DNA of 64,000 nucleotides from Camelus ferus (GCF_009834535.1 NC_045697.1:98954001-99018000), one strand, 5' to 3'. Numbered from the stretch's first letter, positions 1 to 14,613 are shown. Numbers and translations: made by a program. The notes: generated by a model from the sequence alone, not told the origin.

Positions 1-945
1 GTCCTGACTGGATAATTTATAGAACAAGATAATTCTATTAAATGAACTAACTGAAAGTAATAATTATAGGAAATAATCGTTCTGTTTTAAACATCAGAGC
101 TTAAAGGAAAACAAATTGGCTTTGATTTTAAGGAGATTAATCCAGTTTTCTTACCATGCTGGAATTAAAAATGGTTTGATTTTATCTAAATTAATGTTGA
201 TTTATAACTATTTTTATAGTAAAACAATGACAGCTGTTACAATTGTGGTGGGTGTAACAGTTTTTTAAAGAAGGGAATCTGCTTATTGCTTATCAAAACA
301 TTTTTCTAAAGTGGAAGAAGAAAGTTTACAGACTTTCCAAGCACATTTATGTTTTCTCAGTGCTGTTATTAATCGTTTTTTAAAAAAGGTAATTTAACTT
401 TCTTTTTGTAAGAAGTTAGTAGTAAGTATCCTTTACAGTTCTGTGAAAGGCCTGATTTTTTCACTTTAATATTTATTAATTTTAAAATATTTGTATCCCA
501 TTTATAGTGATTTATGGTTTTAGTTTTTTCTACATGCTTTTGTTTTTAAAAAGAACGTACTTAACAGCTGAATGGGGATAAAGCTTTTAGATATTTTCCA
601 AAATATTTATAAAATGCTTCACTGACTATTGAGAAATCACTTCTAAATGGTGGCTATCAAACAACTAATTATTTTAAAGCACAAATCACACATTTTGTAA
701 CTTCTGTGTGAATTTATTTTAACTGTGACCTTTAGTTGAAAACATCAGATATGTTTTAGAAAAGTCATAATTTGAGAACACCAAAGGAAGCTCATCCAGT
801 TAGCTATGAATAGCAGTGCTTTATTGGCAGTATATTGCTAATACATTTCCTCATGAAGTCTAAACTAGAGTTAAATAATTTTGTTGTGGAATAGTGTCAC
901 TGTAACTTTGCCCTCATGAAGTTCAATAAACCAGCTTTGGCATAA
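1..945 (+). other. Distal 3' UTR of a + strand gene convergent with SETD7 (probably RAB33B)
   Basis: AT-rich, repeat-free sequence ending in a textbook poly(A) site. The RAB33B identity rests only on known mammalian synteny (RAB33B tail-to-tail with SETD7); no coding sequence is visible. Confidence 0.5.
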
Positions 946-976
946 GGAAATTGTGGTTTATTTTCTTTGTTTGGTT
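901..976 (+). terminator. Polyadenylation site
   Basis: TGTA at 901, AATAAA at 925-930, CA at 941-942, then a GU/U-rich downstream element TTGTGGTTTATTTTCTTTGTTTGGTT at 951-976. Confidence 0.7.
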
Positions 977-1483
977 ACTAGGTTGAATCCAAAATAAAAC
1001 AAAACATACCTCTTCTTTCCCCAGACTTCCAGGTAATTTGTAATACATTAGACTCAAACAGAAACGAACTCATCTGGAAATTTCTTTGGGAAATACCTTC
1101 AGGGTTAAAGAAACTTTCAAGAAAAAGCCCGAAGTATTATGGCTGATATGGTAACTTTTTTATTTGAGAGGCTGAGTAATCCAACTTGTTTAAGAACAAA
1201 CACTTCAGTGCAAATGGCCAGTACTACAAAAGTGGTTGACATCTCTAGATTTACAGGTAAATGAATTTAGCAGAATGAATAACTATAAAATATATGAGAA
1301 AGAAGAAAAAGAAATACGTGGTGGGTTTAAGATGATCATTTCTACATGCAGATTACTGATTTAGGCCCTTTAGGAAAATGTGGATTGGGACCTGGGGCCT
1401 CTGAAATTCATACTGTATTTCATATGTAAGTCACTCTATTGTTCAAACGCAAAATTACATTGTTCATGAAAGACTGCTTTTTT

Positions 1484-2883
1484 TTTTTTTTTTGGCTTTT
1501 ATTTATTTATTTATTTAAATCTTTTTATATATAGTAGCTTACATTTCGAAATCTCAAACTCCCAAATTTATCCCTTCCCACCCCCTTTCCCCGGTAACCA
1601 TGATTGTTTACTATGTCTGCGAGTCTGTTTCTGTTTTGTAGATGAGTTCATAGTGTCCTTTTTTTTCTTTCTCTTTTTTTAGATTCCACATATGAGTGAT
1701 ATCATAGGTATTTTTCTTTCTCTTTCTGGCTTACTTCACTTACAATGACGATCTGTAGGTCCATCCATGTTGCTGCAAATGGCATTATTTTATTCTTTTT
1801 TATTGCTGAGTAGTATTCCATTGTATAAATATACTACAGCATCTTTATCCAGTCATCATTCGATGGACATTTAGATTGTTTCCATGTCTTGGCTATTGTA
1901 AATGGTGCTGCTAGGAACATTGGGGTGCATGTGTCTTTTTGAAGAGTTAAGGTTCCATCTGGGGATGCCCAGGAGTGGGATTGCTGGATCACATGGTAAG
2001 TCTATTTTTGGTTTTCTGAGGAGTCTCTATACTGCTTTCCATAACGGCTGCACCAAACTACATGCCCACCAGCAGTGTACGAGGGTTCCCTTTTCTCCAT
2101 ACCCTCTCCAGCATTTATCATTTGTGGACTATTGAAAGATGGCCCTTCTGACTGATGTGAGGTGATAACTTCACTGTAGTTTTAGTTTGCCTTTCTCTGA
2201 TAATTAGCAATTTTGAACATTTTTTCATGTGCCTATTGGCCATTTGTATGTCTTCATTGGATAATTGCTTGTTTAGGTCTTCTGCCCATTTTTGGATTGG
2301 GTTTTGTTGTTGTTGTTGTTATTAAGTTCTATGAGCTGTTTATAGATTCTGGAAATTAAGCCTTTGTCAGTCACATCATTTCCAAATATTTTCTCCCATT
2401 CCATAGATTGTGTTTTTGTTTTGCTTATGATTTCCTTTTGCTGTGCAAATGCTTATAAGTTTAATTAGGTCCCATTTGTTAATTTTTGCTTTTATTTCTG
2501 TTGCCTGGGTAGACTGTCCTAGGAGAACATTGCTAAGATTTATGTCAGAGAATGTTTTGCCTATGTTTTCTTCTAGGAGATTTATGGTATCTTGTCTTAT
2601 ATTTACGTCTTTAAGCCATTTTGAGTTTGTTTTTGTGTATGGTGTGAGAGAATGTTCTAACTTCACTGATTTACATGTTGCTATCCAGTTTTCCCATCAC
2701 CATTTGCTGAAGAGACTAAATTTTCTCCATTGTATATTCTTGCTTCCTTTGTCGAAGATTAATTGACCATAGTTGTGTGGGTTTATTTCTGGGCTCTCTA
2801 TTCCATTCCATTGATCCATATGTCTGTTTTTATGCCAATACCATGCTGTTTTGATTACTGTAGCTCTGTAGTATTGTCTGAAG
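1484..2883 (-). mobile_element. 5'-truncated LINE-1 (ORF2 C-terminal part + 3' UTR), ~1.4 kb
   Basis: ORF 2376..2666 ([26 protein letters not shown]) is L1 ORF2. T-rich tail on the + strand. 16-bp TSD GAAAGACTGCTTTTTT at 1468-1483 and 2884-2899, followed by AA (TTTT/AA endonuclease site). Confidence 0.95.
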
Positions 2884-3428
2884 GAAAGACTGCTTTTTTA
2901 AATTGGATAATAAGACAGTAATTTGGACAAGTCTTTTGGGGGCAAATACTAATTCACTTCGTCTGTTGAAATAACCTGATTTATCAAGCATTTGTCATTA
3001 TAAAATAATATATTAACAAATGGGAATTCTGTAATATAATGTGGTAAATGTAATTAAAGAGACAAATACAAAGGACAGTGAGCACAGAGAATGGTGTGAT
3101 CTTGTGGCTCTGATGCAGAGGAGTGAATGTGCAGTGAAATGAAGGGGTGGTCAGAACCTGGGAAATGAAGCTCGCAAGGCGGGTTGTAGTTGAACCACCA
3201 AGTTGCCATAGGCAGTGGAATTAGGACGCACTTGGGTGCAAGTGTCAGAAACTCAGTTCAAACGCACCTACAGGGGAATTTATTGCCAAGAATCTGACTT
3301 GTGCAACGTGAGACTCTAGGACAAGGATGCAGCTGGACCCAAAGGAGAGCTGGGATTGAGCACTCAGTGTCCTACTTTTGGGCTCAGCTTTGCTGCACAC
3401 CTTCATTTTCTCTCTTTTGTAACTGAAC

Positions 3429-3463
<35 letters not shown>

Positions 3464-3464
<1 letters not shown>

Positions 3465-3866
3465 TTTTTTTTTAATTAAAGTATAGTCAGTTTACAATGT
3501 TGTGTCAATTTCTGGTGTACAGCACAATGCTTCAGTCATACCTGAACATACATATATTTGTTTTCATATTCTTTTTCACTGTAAGTTACTATAAGAATAT
3601 AGTTCCCTGTACTATACAGTATGAACTTGTTTATCTATTTTATATATAGTAGTTAGTATCTGCAAATCTTGAACTCCCAATTTATCCCTTCCCACCCCCT
3701 TTTCCACTGTTAACCATTAGTTTGTTTTGTATGTCTGTGAGTCTGTTCCTGTTTTATAAATAAGTTTGTCTTTGTTTGTTTTTTTTTTTGTTGTTGTTGT
3801 TTTAGATTCCACATGCAAGTGATATCTTGTGGTATTTTTCTTTCTCTTTCTAACTTACTTCACTTC
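3464..3866 (-). mobile_element. LINE-1 3' UTR fragment with a (CT)n(AT)n microsatellite at its tail, inserted in an old MaLR-like LTR (~3215-4030)
   Basis: Same 3' UTR motifs as the other L1s (TTCCCTGT.CTATACAG, AGATTCCACAT, CTTACTTCACTT). The flanking MaLR call is by eye only. Confidence 0.75.
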
Positions 3867-4311
3867 CACTTTTCTGGTTCAGTTGGCAGAAAACATGACC
3901 ACTGACTGTTTCTGAATTTTTGCTTGTTGCAGGCATCCAAAGAGAAACTGACTGATTATCAGTCCCAGATCAAAATTTCTAGGATGGCCTGGATAGAGTC
4001 AGGTGCCCAGCCCAAGGCCAATAGCCAAGAAAAGATCAAATAGGGAATTCCACGTTTGGGGAAGAAGGAATTTTGAAGAAGGGAAGGGGAAAAGAGGATA
4101 GCCACACAGAAACATTTGAGCTTTACTATTTAGGCAGCGGGTAACCAATGAAAACATTTAAGCAAGGTAGTGAGTGAGACCATCAGATTTATGTGAGAAA
4201 TTCCAGTGGCAAGGGAAAGGATATGTGGGTATGGAGCCATGGTGGCCAGTCAGGTTACTGTAATAGCCTAGAAGAAAGAACTTTCACTAGGATGTTGACA
4301 GAAGAATATAC

Positions 4312-4421
4312 CATACAGCATTTATCTTTCTCTGGCTTACTTCACTTAGCATGACACTCTACAGATTCATCCATGTTGTAACAAATGGCAAGATTTTCTT
4401 CTTTTTAAGACAATAATATTC

Positions 4422-4471
<50 letters not shown>

Positions 4472-5186
4472 TTGTGTGGCATTTTCTTTTTTCATTCGCC
4501 AGTGGACACTTAGGTTGTTTCCATACCTTGGCAATTGTGGCTAAAGGCTGCAGTGGACATGGGAGTATAGGTGCCTCCCTGACATAATGGTTTTGTTTCC
4601 TTTGTATACCCAGAAGTGTGATTGTTGGATCATACGGTAGTTCTATGTTTAATATCTTGGGGTATCTCCATACTGTTTCCCATAGTTGCTGTACCAGTTT
4701 ACATTCCCAGCATCAGTGTACAAGGATCCTTTTTTCTCCACAGCCTTGCCAGGATTTGCTGTCTCTTGTCTTTTTGATAACCATCCTAGGTTAGGTGTGA
4801 GGTATTATCTCATTGTGGTTTTGATTTGCTTTTCCCTGATGATTAGTGATACTGAGCACCTTTTCATGTACATGTTGGCCATTTGTATGTCTTTGGGAAA
4901 ATGTCTATTCAGGCCCTTTTCCTATGTTTAAATTATGTTATTTATTTATTTTTGCTATTGCGTTACATGAGTTCCTTGTATATTTTGGATATTAACCCCT
5001 TATTAGATATGTGATTGGCAAATATTTAAATACCCCTTATTGTATGTGTTGTTTGCAAAATTTCTCCCATTCTGTAGGTTGCCTTTTAATTTTGTTGACG
5101 ATTTCCTTTGCTGTGCAGAAGCATTTTAATTTCATGTAGTCCCACTTGTTTATTTTTGCTTTCGTTACCTTTGTTTTTGATGTCAT
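4312..5186 (-). mobile_element. Older LINE-1 (L1M-type) 3' fragment containing (TG)22 at 4425-4468
   Basis: Diverged L1 ORF2-end and 3' UTR motifs (GGACACTTAGGTTGTTTCCA, GGTTTTGATTTGC, CCTTTGCTGTGCAGAAGC). Confidence 0.8.
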
Positions 5187-6750
5187 GTAATCATTTTCTT
5201 AAAGAGGGTCCACTAAAGTGAAAAAGATATCAGGTCTCCTAAAACCCAGATATTCACCTGGAATGAATATATTCATTCTGTGGGACACTTGAGGTCTATA
5301 AGTGGTTTATCAGTATTCCTGGCATTTATTTCTGCCAGTCTCTGTTGCGTCTGCTGCAGTTTTGGCTTATTGACAGAGAACATCCAGTTTCTCAAGCCAG
5401 CAATTCATAAAGTTGTTCTGCAAATATAAGATTAGTCAGTGTTGTCTGCTTCATGGAGTCTGTTGTCCCATTGTATCCACAGATGCTGAATAACACACAT
5501 TTTTAAATTCTGAAGACATAGGAACTTAATCACAAAAGGTCATGTGTATCATAAACCAGATGCGGAAGCACCCCTTAAGCCTTCGTCCTGCTTCCTCTTC
5601 TCTTCTGGCTGAACAGCCTTTCCCATTATGATATCTTCAGACAGCACTTGATTCCCAAACCCACTTCCAGGGCCTTGACTTTGCCCCTGAATCCCTGTGT
5701 TCCATCTTCTTTTTGAGGTACCAGTGGCACACCCAAATGAAACATGTCAAAATCCAAACTCATAATCCTCCTCCCTGAACTCTTTTTTCCCTACATTTCC
5801 TCAAAACCTCCGGGCTCTATTTGAGGCTTCCCTTCACCTTCCACATCTGGTTTCTCCCGGGGACCTGTCACTTTCGTTGCCTTTGATCCTTGCATTTGTC
5901 TTCTTTCCAAAAAGCTGTGGACACTGCGCATAGACTCTGAGGTCCAACTACTTGGGGACTGAATCCCAGATATTCTAATGGTGAAGCCTCTCAAGGCCTC
6001 AGTGTCCTCTCATTTTTAAAAGGGGGCTGACAATAACTCGTAGGGTTATTGTGAGAATGAATGAGTTAATATATGGATAGTATCTATTGCAGCACAGATT
6101 TCTCCAAAACCTAGTAGGTAAAGCCACAGCCACGTGTTATCTGTCACTGTTGTGGTGGGTCGGGAATGGGAGAGTGGTCCAGCGAGGCAGGTCTGCTGTC
6201 ATCTAACAGCAGGGAGGGGACACCAAACAGCTGATCCTCCTCCAGCATCTCTTCCTCTCTGGTATCTCCACATGGTGGCCTCAGGGTAGCGAGCCTTCTC
6301 TTAGGGTGGCTGAAGATGCACAGAGCAAGCGCCCTGAGATAACCCTGCTGAAGCCCCAGGGCCTTTTCTCAGTTAGCTCGGAAGTTCTGCTCCATTCATG
6401 TCCAAAGGCAATCGCTCAAGCCTCCGGAGGTTGGAGACACAGCTGTGTATGGGGGCCTTTCAGAAAACTTGTGGACCTTTAAAAAAAAAGCATCACAGAG
6501 AGTGACCATGAACATGCTTTGTGCTGTTCAGATGACTCACTGGTTCTCTCCTGGCAGAGTAATTAAAAGACTTTGAGTCTTCTTTCACAAAAAGACATGA
6601 TTCAAATTGTTGACCGTTTCTCTAATGACGAAGATCTGGAATGTATTTCATCCTAAGGAATATGCTACCGGAATAGTTACTTTTAGAAAAAACAAACATG
6701 CTTTATCTCTTCCTGTTGGATGTTTGAAAATGTTTCCATCTGATGTGCTT

Positions 6751-7567
<817 letters not shown>

Positions 7568-7925
7568 CCATCTGATGTGCTTTTGTTTCTAAAGTCTATA
7601 AAACTTATGTCTGAGCATTTAAAAATTATTTATATATTTATGTGTTTATTTACATCTAAACAGGCTAATGATCAAAAGCAAAGAGGTGTCTAAGGATTCC
7701 CTCAAAACAATAACCAAGATGGATACTGATCCTGCTGGTGCCCCCACAGAATGCCGAGGGTGGTGACGGTGGTGGTGCCCTGAGATGTATTAGCAAGTAC
7801 CTTGTTATGGCAGATACTGTTGAGCATTTGAGAAGTCATAATTTTCTATTCTGTTTAGAAATTTCCCAAACTAAGACTTACACTAGATTTTGGATCCATT
7901 TGTTACACACATATATATATATATG

Positions 7926-7928
<3 letters not shown>

Positions 7929-7990
<62 letters not shown>
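7929..7990. repeat. (AC)31 microsatellite flanked by (AT)n
   Basis: Perfect dinucleotide run read directly from the sequence. Confidence 0.97.
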
Positions 7991-7999
<9 letters not shown>

Positions 8000-8496
8000 G
8001 CACCCAGTTAGTTTGTAAGAACAAGTTGGGGAGATGGACATCTAGCAGATGAATACCAGTAAAAGCCTTTGCATAGCTGATAGGTGGAACAGAAAACTCA
8101 GCCTCCAGATTTAATAAGCCTGGTGGTGGATGTTGTTCTGTTTGGACGTAAGGATCTTTGTGAGGTCTTTTTTTCTTTTTTTCCCTTAACTTTGGTATTA
8201 AGTCAAGTGTCGATATAAACTGGATTTAGAAATAGACCTTTGCCTTGCTTTATCATGAAGCATTAAACCAAGATTTTCAAAATAATGAAGCATATTTAAT
8301 CTCACTACTTTCCCTGAAAAATACTGGCAAAATAGGCCTGGGTGTGTGGGAGAATAAAAAGGCTTTTCAAGACTATGTAAAAAGAAAAAAAAATGATTAT
8401 TTAAAACTATATTTCATCTCATCCCTGAAATTTCTATTTTGTATGTGTTTCTTAATCTACTTAATGTTATCAGTACGGATCGTGACCATAGGTTTA

Positions 8497-8590
8497 TTTA
8501 TTTATTTATTTTAATGGCGGTACCCGGGGTTGAACCCAGAACCTTGCGTGCTAAGCATGAGCTCTACCACTGAGCTATACCCTCCCCCCA
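8497..8590 (-). mobile_element. tRNA-derived SINE (camelid Vic-1 type)
   Basis: Minus strand reads GGGGAGGGTATAGCTCAGTGGTAGAG..GGTTCAACCCC plus an A-rich tail. ~19-bp TSD GAT(C/T)GTGACCA(T/C)AGGTTTA at 8478-8496 and 8591-8609. Confidence 0.9.
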
Positions 8591-8877
8591 GATTGTGACC
8601 ACAGGTTTAGATGAACATGCATTGGAAGTGCTGATCGCACACTTTTTCTGGTAAGGGTGTCTGGTCTGAAGCGTCTGAAGAGCACTGACCTACATACACA
8701 CTTGGTCAGCATCTGTGGAACCACCTAAGCCAGTGGCACGCGTGTCCTTCGTGGCTTTGTGGGTACATGCTTCTTCACCGCTGTGGGAAGAGACAGAGGC
8801 AGTACCCACTGCTTGAGGGTTCATGCTAAGCATCCTCCCCTGGATTCATCCCTCCCTGGAATATTACAGTGGGAATG

Positions 8878-10242
8878 AGGAGGAACTACTTTCATTAATT
8901 CTGCCGATAGCAGCCTTGATTATGTATAATAATCTCCACATCTTCACAATCAGTATCTAGTCTTTGAATGTCATTTGTTTCCTCCACAGTCACCCTCTTT
9001 CCCAAAATGTTCACCATGTGAAAATCACTCATATCCTTAAGTGATTCCTCTTGATTCTTTAACAATTTGGCTCCAAGGGCTTTCAAGAGGAAAAACATTC
9101 CCAATGTGATGGTTGAGTCATGCTTGCTGAAATGAGCAATTCATGCCCGGCAGGATGCTAGAGCAATACTGCATTAAGACTCTGGTGAGGAAGTGTGTCT
9201 TCTGGGAGTTTTGTTACATGAAAGTGAAAATGAAGTCACTCTGCTTTTAACTCCTTTGCTAAGCTTAAAAAAAAAAAAAACCCAGCATTTCTTAATTTTA
9301 AAAACATAATGAACTTAAAATACTGAAGTTCTTTTTCTCTTGTATTGTGATGGCAAGCAAGGTCTTGTTTTGCCAGCTGAACCTTGGCAAGACCATCTTA
9401 CATCTCCCTTAGCCTCAGTTTCCCCATCTGCAAAATGGGGTCAATAATGTGTCTATAATAATACCTGCCCCCTTTTGTACCTTAACACATTTTTTATTAA
9501 ATTGATTTATACTAATGAAATCCCCTTAGAAGTGTATGTAGGGCTTCTTTTTGCCATTGACAAAGTCATTTCTAATACAAACTTCTCTGTGAGCTATTGT
9601 ATTTCGTCTTCTGGATGCCTTCACCCCCACGTTTCCTACAGCCAGAATCTTTTTCGGCCTTATGAACTGAATTGAGATCAGATACTCTCAGACTCAAACT
9701 AACAATTTTACTGACATTATTGATAGAATGTTAATATTTCCAAAAATTGTAATTATTTTTAAAAACAATTAGGAGTTTAGATTATTTCCCTTCAAAAGGC
9801 CTATGTACCATGCTTGCTGAGAAATTGATTACAAATTAAATGGCTTACTTGTAGCTAAATCATTAAAATTTTTTATTTCAGTAAAAACTACTGTGGGTGC
9901 ATTTTAATATATTTCATATGATGTGGAGTGAGACTTTCAAAAGAGGGCTTGGAAATTTAAATAAAGACTTTGTGCTAGGTGGTATTAGGGAATGACTATT
10001 AATTATCTTAGTTGTGATAATTATATTGAAGTTAAGTGGGAGAATCTTAGGAGCTCCAGATGCAAGTATTCAGCATCTTGCTTTGAAAGGGTTCTACAAA
10101 ACAATAACTATATGGTAGAAAGGAGGAACTAATGCCATGTCTTCTGCTCATAGTAGCCTTGATTATGGGTAATAATTTCCATATCTTTGTGGTCAGTATC
10201 TTTTATTTGACTGTCATTTGTTTCCTACACAATCATCCTCTT
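8878..10242. repeat. Diverged dispersed direct duplication: 8878-8999 and 10121-10242
   Basis: Manual gap-free alignment gives 97/122 identical bases (~80%); offset 1243 bp. Confidence 0.9.
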
Positions 10243-10939
10243 AAGTGTATGCCATTTGAAAATTACTCAGCATATCAGCCACTACTTTCAAAAACTCCTG
10301 CAAAATGATAAAGTCTATGTGTGTGTTGATATATATATATATATACATATACACACATGCAGTTGTTTTAAACAGAGGAGGCGCGTAAGGAGGGGAAGTA
10401 AAGAGAAATGGGAATTTAAGTGGACAGTGAGAGCCACCTCACCCCTGGCGCGTGATGCTGAGTCTGTCAGAAGCAGGCATTCCACCTTGACTGGCTGGGT
10501 CACCTTCACTTCCAGACGTCTCCTCCCAAGACTCCCTAAGGTGTCTGCCGCTGTGGCAATCCAAATAGCAATTAGGCAACATTGTAAATCACATATACTT
10601 CAGTTTTTAAAAAAAGTTAAAAAGCAAAAGAAAACAGCAACCAAAAAAACCAAATAGCTATCGGACGATGAGGGTGACACAGTATTTTCCACTATATTCC
10701 ACTCTCAGCCAATTACAATCGCTCCCTTAACTTTTGTTTTGTTTTGTTTTGTTTTGTTTTGTTTTGTTTGCTAGTAAGTTGTCTTCCTTGATTATCCCTT
10801 CCTGGAAGTCATCCAACCATCATACATATCCTATGTTAAGACACTTGTTATTCCCACTGTGAACTCTTGTTCAGCTTCTCCTTTCCTTTAATGAAGAAGT
10901 AATGAATAGAAGATGGAGATTCATAGGGAAAACCTGTTC

Positions 10940-11520
10940 GCTTACTCTGCAAATATTGAATGAGTGTCTCCTACGTTTCAGGTGCCATGCAAGGGGCTAA
11001 GGATATAGCAATAAACAAGACAGAACAAGGCTGTACCCAGGGATGCCTGTATTCTAGTGATGGAAGACAGACAACTAACAGATAAACAAATACACAGAAT
11101 TACTGGATTGGGATAAAAGGTAACAGTGAAGCACACTGGGTGATGAGATAGAGGATACAGGGTGGATGGTTAAGGAAGGCATCTCTAATGCAGACCCAGG
11201 AGTTGAGAGCTGACAGGGCACACAAGCCGTGCAAAGAGCTGGAGCAGCACTCGGCAGAGGAATCAGCAGGTGTGAGGGCCTGGAGCCAGGAGAACCTTTG
11301 GCAAGTGTGAGGAACAGAAGGTCTGGCTGGAGGACAGGGAGTGGGGGAGGGTGGACTGAATGATACTGGGGAGGGAGAGGGAGCCAGACCACTGTACGTA
11401 GTCCGGATGTTATTCTGACTGCAGTGGAAAGAGATTCAACCGGGCAATGGCATGATCTGCTTCACTATTTTAAAAGCCCACCCTGGTGGCTGTGTGAAAA
11501 GGAGATTGGAGAATAAGGGA
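10940..11520 (-). mobile_element. LINE-2 fragment
   Basis: Degenerate L2 3'-end motifs (CAAATATTGAATGAG..GGATATAGCAATAAACAAGACAG; GGAAGGCATCTCT; CATGATCTG). Confidence 0.6.
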
Positions 11521-11719
11521 TGAAGGCAGCATGCATGCCTGCTGGAGTCTCTTTTACATCATTTTCCCAGAAGCTCCACTCAGTGACTGCCCACTCCTCT
11601 CCCTGAAATCTCATTGGCCAGAATTGGATCTGGTGGCCAGCCCTAGCTGCAAGGGATTCATCTTCTTTTTTTTGGAATTGCCACAATAGAGCATTTTAAT
11701 TTTTGTTTTCTCTGTGTTT

Positions 11720-12278
11720 GTTTTATTGTTTTGTTTTTATTGTATAGTTGATGTACAATATTATATATTTCAAGTATACGACATAATAATTCACACTTTT
11801 GAAAGGCTACACTCCATTTAAAGTTATTATGAACTATCAGCTCTATTCCCTGTGCTGTACAGTAAGTATATTCTTTAGCTCATTTATTTTATACCTAGTA
11901 GTTTGTGCCTCTTAATCCCCTACCCCTGTCTTGCCCTACCCCTCTTTTTCTTCCCACTGGTAACCACGAGTTTGTTTTTTATATCTGTGAGTCTATTTCT
12001 GTATTGTTATATTTGTTTATTTTGTTTTTTTGATTCCACATGTAAGTGAGATCATACAGTATTTGTTTTTCTCTATCTGACTTATTTCACTGAGTATAAT
12101 ACCCTCCAAGTCCATCCATGTTGTTGCAAATGGCAAAACTTCATCCTTCTTTATGGCTGAGTAGTATTCCATTGTGCATACACACTATATCTTTATCTGT
12201 TCATCTGCTGATGGACACTTAGGTTGCTTCCATATCTTGGCTATGTAAAAGGTGCTGCTATGAATGTTGGGGTGCAAA
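11720..12278 (-). mobile_element. LINE-1 3' end fragment
   Basis: L1 3' UTR and ORF2-end motifs (CTPTFIAAPFT in ORF 12241..12423; CATCCATGTTGTTGCAAATGGC). Confidence 0.85.
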
Positions 12279-13177
12279 GGAATTCTTGAAATGTGACTAT
12301 TTTAGGGACAGGAAGGCAAGGGGGAAAATGGCTTGTGAATGGCTTTTGGATAGCCAGTCCAGCGTCTGTCACCGGGGTCATCTGCATTATTCCTAAAACA
12401 AGCCTGTGAAATAGCCAGGGCAATTTTTATTGGACTCATTTATAAAAGGGAAACAGCATTAAAGAGTACAAAGCTCAGACGGCTTGAGTCCCAATTTTTT
12501 TACCTCAAACTGAATGTGCTCTTCTCATTACCTTTCATTATTCTGGGGTCTGCAAAAGGCTGGACCCAGTCACACGTGTCTTGGTGTGTCTATTGGTGAA
12601 CAATGCTTCCAACTCTGCGTTCCACGTCTGGTGTACCTGAGCAGTGATCACAGCCGAATGGGCACTGCAGGGAGATCAGGTTCTCAGACCAGACTTTGGG
12701 ATGGTCTTCCAAAAATCAGAAGAAAAAAAATAAATAGTGTCTTCCATTATCCTAGAAAATTTTGTTCCACCAAACAGAACATAAGGTGGAAAGAGATGTA
12801 CCACAAGGGGTCTGGAAGACAATCCACAGCAGTGTGGGAAGGACATTGAGAATTTTGTGTTTGCATGTATATAGATGACACAGGCATAGAAGTTCAACAT
12901 TGCTAATATTTAGTACATGAGTTGACACGGGGTATCAGACAGGCCAGGCCTTACACATATGGATTTCAAGTATCCTGATTCTGCAATTTACATCACAGCG
13001 AGGTTAACAACGGCATCCACGCTGCTCATTCCCCTTCAGTGGATTGTGACAGTATGGGTTTACAAGTGCCTGGTTAGGTGGGTTTGCTAGTAATATTATC
13101 CTAGATGGTAAACACTTTACAATTGCTTGTAGTGAAACAGAGTGTTTCAATGAAATTCCACTTAGAATAACAATGCT

Positions 13178-13312
13178 GAGGGGTGGGTACAGCTCGGTGG
13201 TAGACTGCATGCCTAGCATGCACGAGGTCCTGGTTCAAGCCCCAGTACCTCCATTAAATAAATAGATGAATAAACCTAATTACCTCCCCCACAAAGTTAA
13301 TTAAAAAATAAA
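13178..13312 (+). mobile_element. tRNA-derived SINE (Vic-1 type, long tail)
   Basis: A/B-box head, ATAAACCTAATTACCTCCCC tail, and a 15-bp TSD TAGAATAACAATGCT at 13163-13177 and 13313-13327. Confidence 0.9.
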
Positions 13313-14110
13313 TAGAATAACAATGCTTAATAATCATTACATGTGTATATATTCATGCAGTGGTGTAGTGAGAATATCATGTTCTAGGTTATATGCAGTG
13401 AGTATTCAGTGTAGGTATATCACGTACATAGGTGTGTGTAATTACATACCACAGTGTTTTCTACTGTGAAAATTAAGTGAAATAACTGACAGAAAGTACC
13501 TAGTATGGAAAGTACCTAGTACAATGCTTGCTGTGTATAGTAAACATTCAATTAATCAAGGAAAGCAACCACAAGCTGGGAGGGATGTTTATTCACTTGG
13601 TTGGCTTCTTCCCAGGGGTTACACCAGGAGACATTCATTGTCTTGAGAAGCTTGCCTTGGCTTAGGGCTTTCTTGGTCTTTCCTGGCTCATATACTGGAT
13701 ATTTTATCAGCACATAATACATAGCTCCACCTTTCAGGACAGATTCATTAACCACACTTACCAGGCCAGAATCAAAACCAGAATCCCAGTTTAGTGACAG
13801 ATAATGGAGACTATGACTGTCACATACTTTGAAGGGCCGTGCTAGCAGTATCAGAAGAATTTCTCCCTGAAGGCAGATCAACAATCAGAGGATGATGGTT
13901 TGGTGAGCAAGGAATAAGAACAAGGGGAGTTTTCACTTCCTCACGCGGAAGGCTTAATGCTGTCTGATAGATCCATTTCACAGTCGGGATTAGTTTGCCA
14001 GTGTGCCCAGGAAATTCAAGGAAGGCAGTTACTTGGACAGAATTAGGACAGGCAATGTGTTTGCCTCTGTAACGCTTGTGGGTTTTTTTTTTTTTTTTTT
14101 TTTTTGGTAT

Positions 14111-14613
14111 TATGGGGGAAGAGAAATTTGTAACCCCCAAATATGTCTCTTAGTCATTAAGTTGGTTGTTTTCTAAGAAAGCAGACATGGGAAAAACTCT
14201 GACAACCAAGTAGGAGTTACCCTTCTGTAAGAAACACTTGCATATATAAGAGAAACTTCCATTTGTAAGGGTGTCTCCCTGGCGGGACCAGGAAGAGGAA
14301 AATGACCAACTCTAGAAACTCTCATGAGTGGAGAAGACAATGACTTAAATCTGTGTGAGAACCTTATCCTTTTTAATGTGTTTTTCATGGTAAACTCTCA
14401 TAACTGACTCTCCCCACCCTCAACCTCCTCTTTTGTCTTCAACTGAGGATGGTATTTTAGCCATTTTGGTGAGTTACTCAGTCTCTCCCACGCATACACA
14501 TTATTAAATTTGTTTGACTGATTCTTTCCTGTTACTCTGTCTCATGTCAATGTAATTCTTAGACCAGCCAGAAGAACCTAGAAGGATAGAAGAAATTTTC
14601 TTCCTCCTTGACA
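14111..14613 (+). mobile_element. Solo ERV1-class LTR (MER34-like)
   Basis: Starts TATGGGGG..CCCCAAATATG and ends AGAAGAAATTTTCTTCCTCCTTGACA. Contains an ATTAAA signal. 4-bp TSD GTAT at 14107-14110 and 14614-14617. Confidence 0.75.

Noticed and set aside
8895..9104. Faint by-eye resemblance of GAKLLKNQ..DFHMVNILGKR to the pre-RING segment of CBLL1/Hakai
   Set aside because: The similarity is short and recalled from memory, and I could not find the RING Cys/His pattern in any single frame. It is not called without a search.
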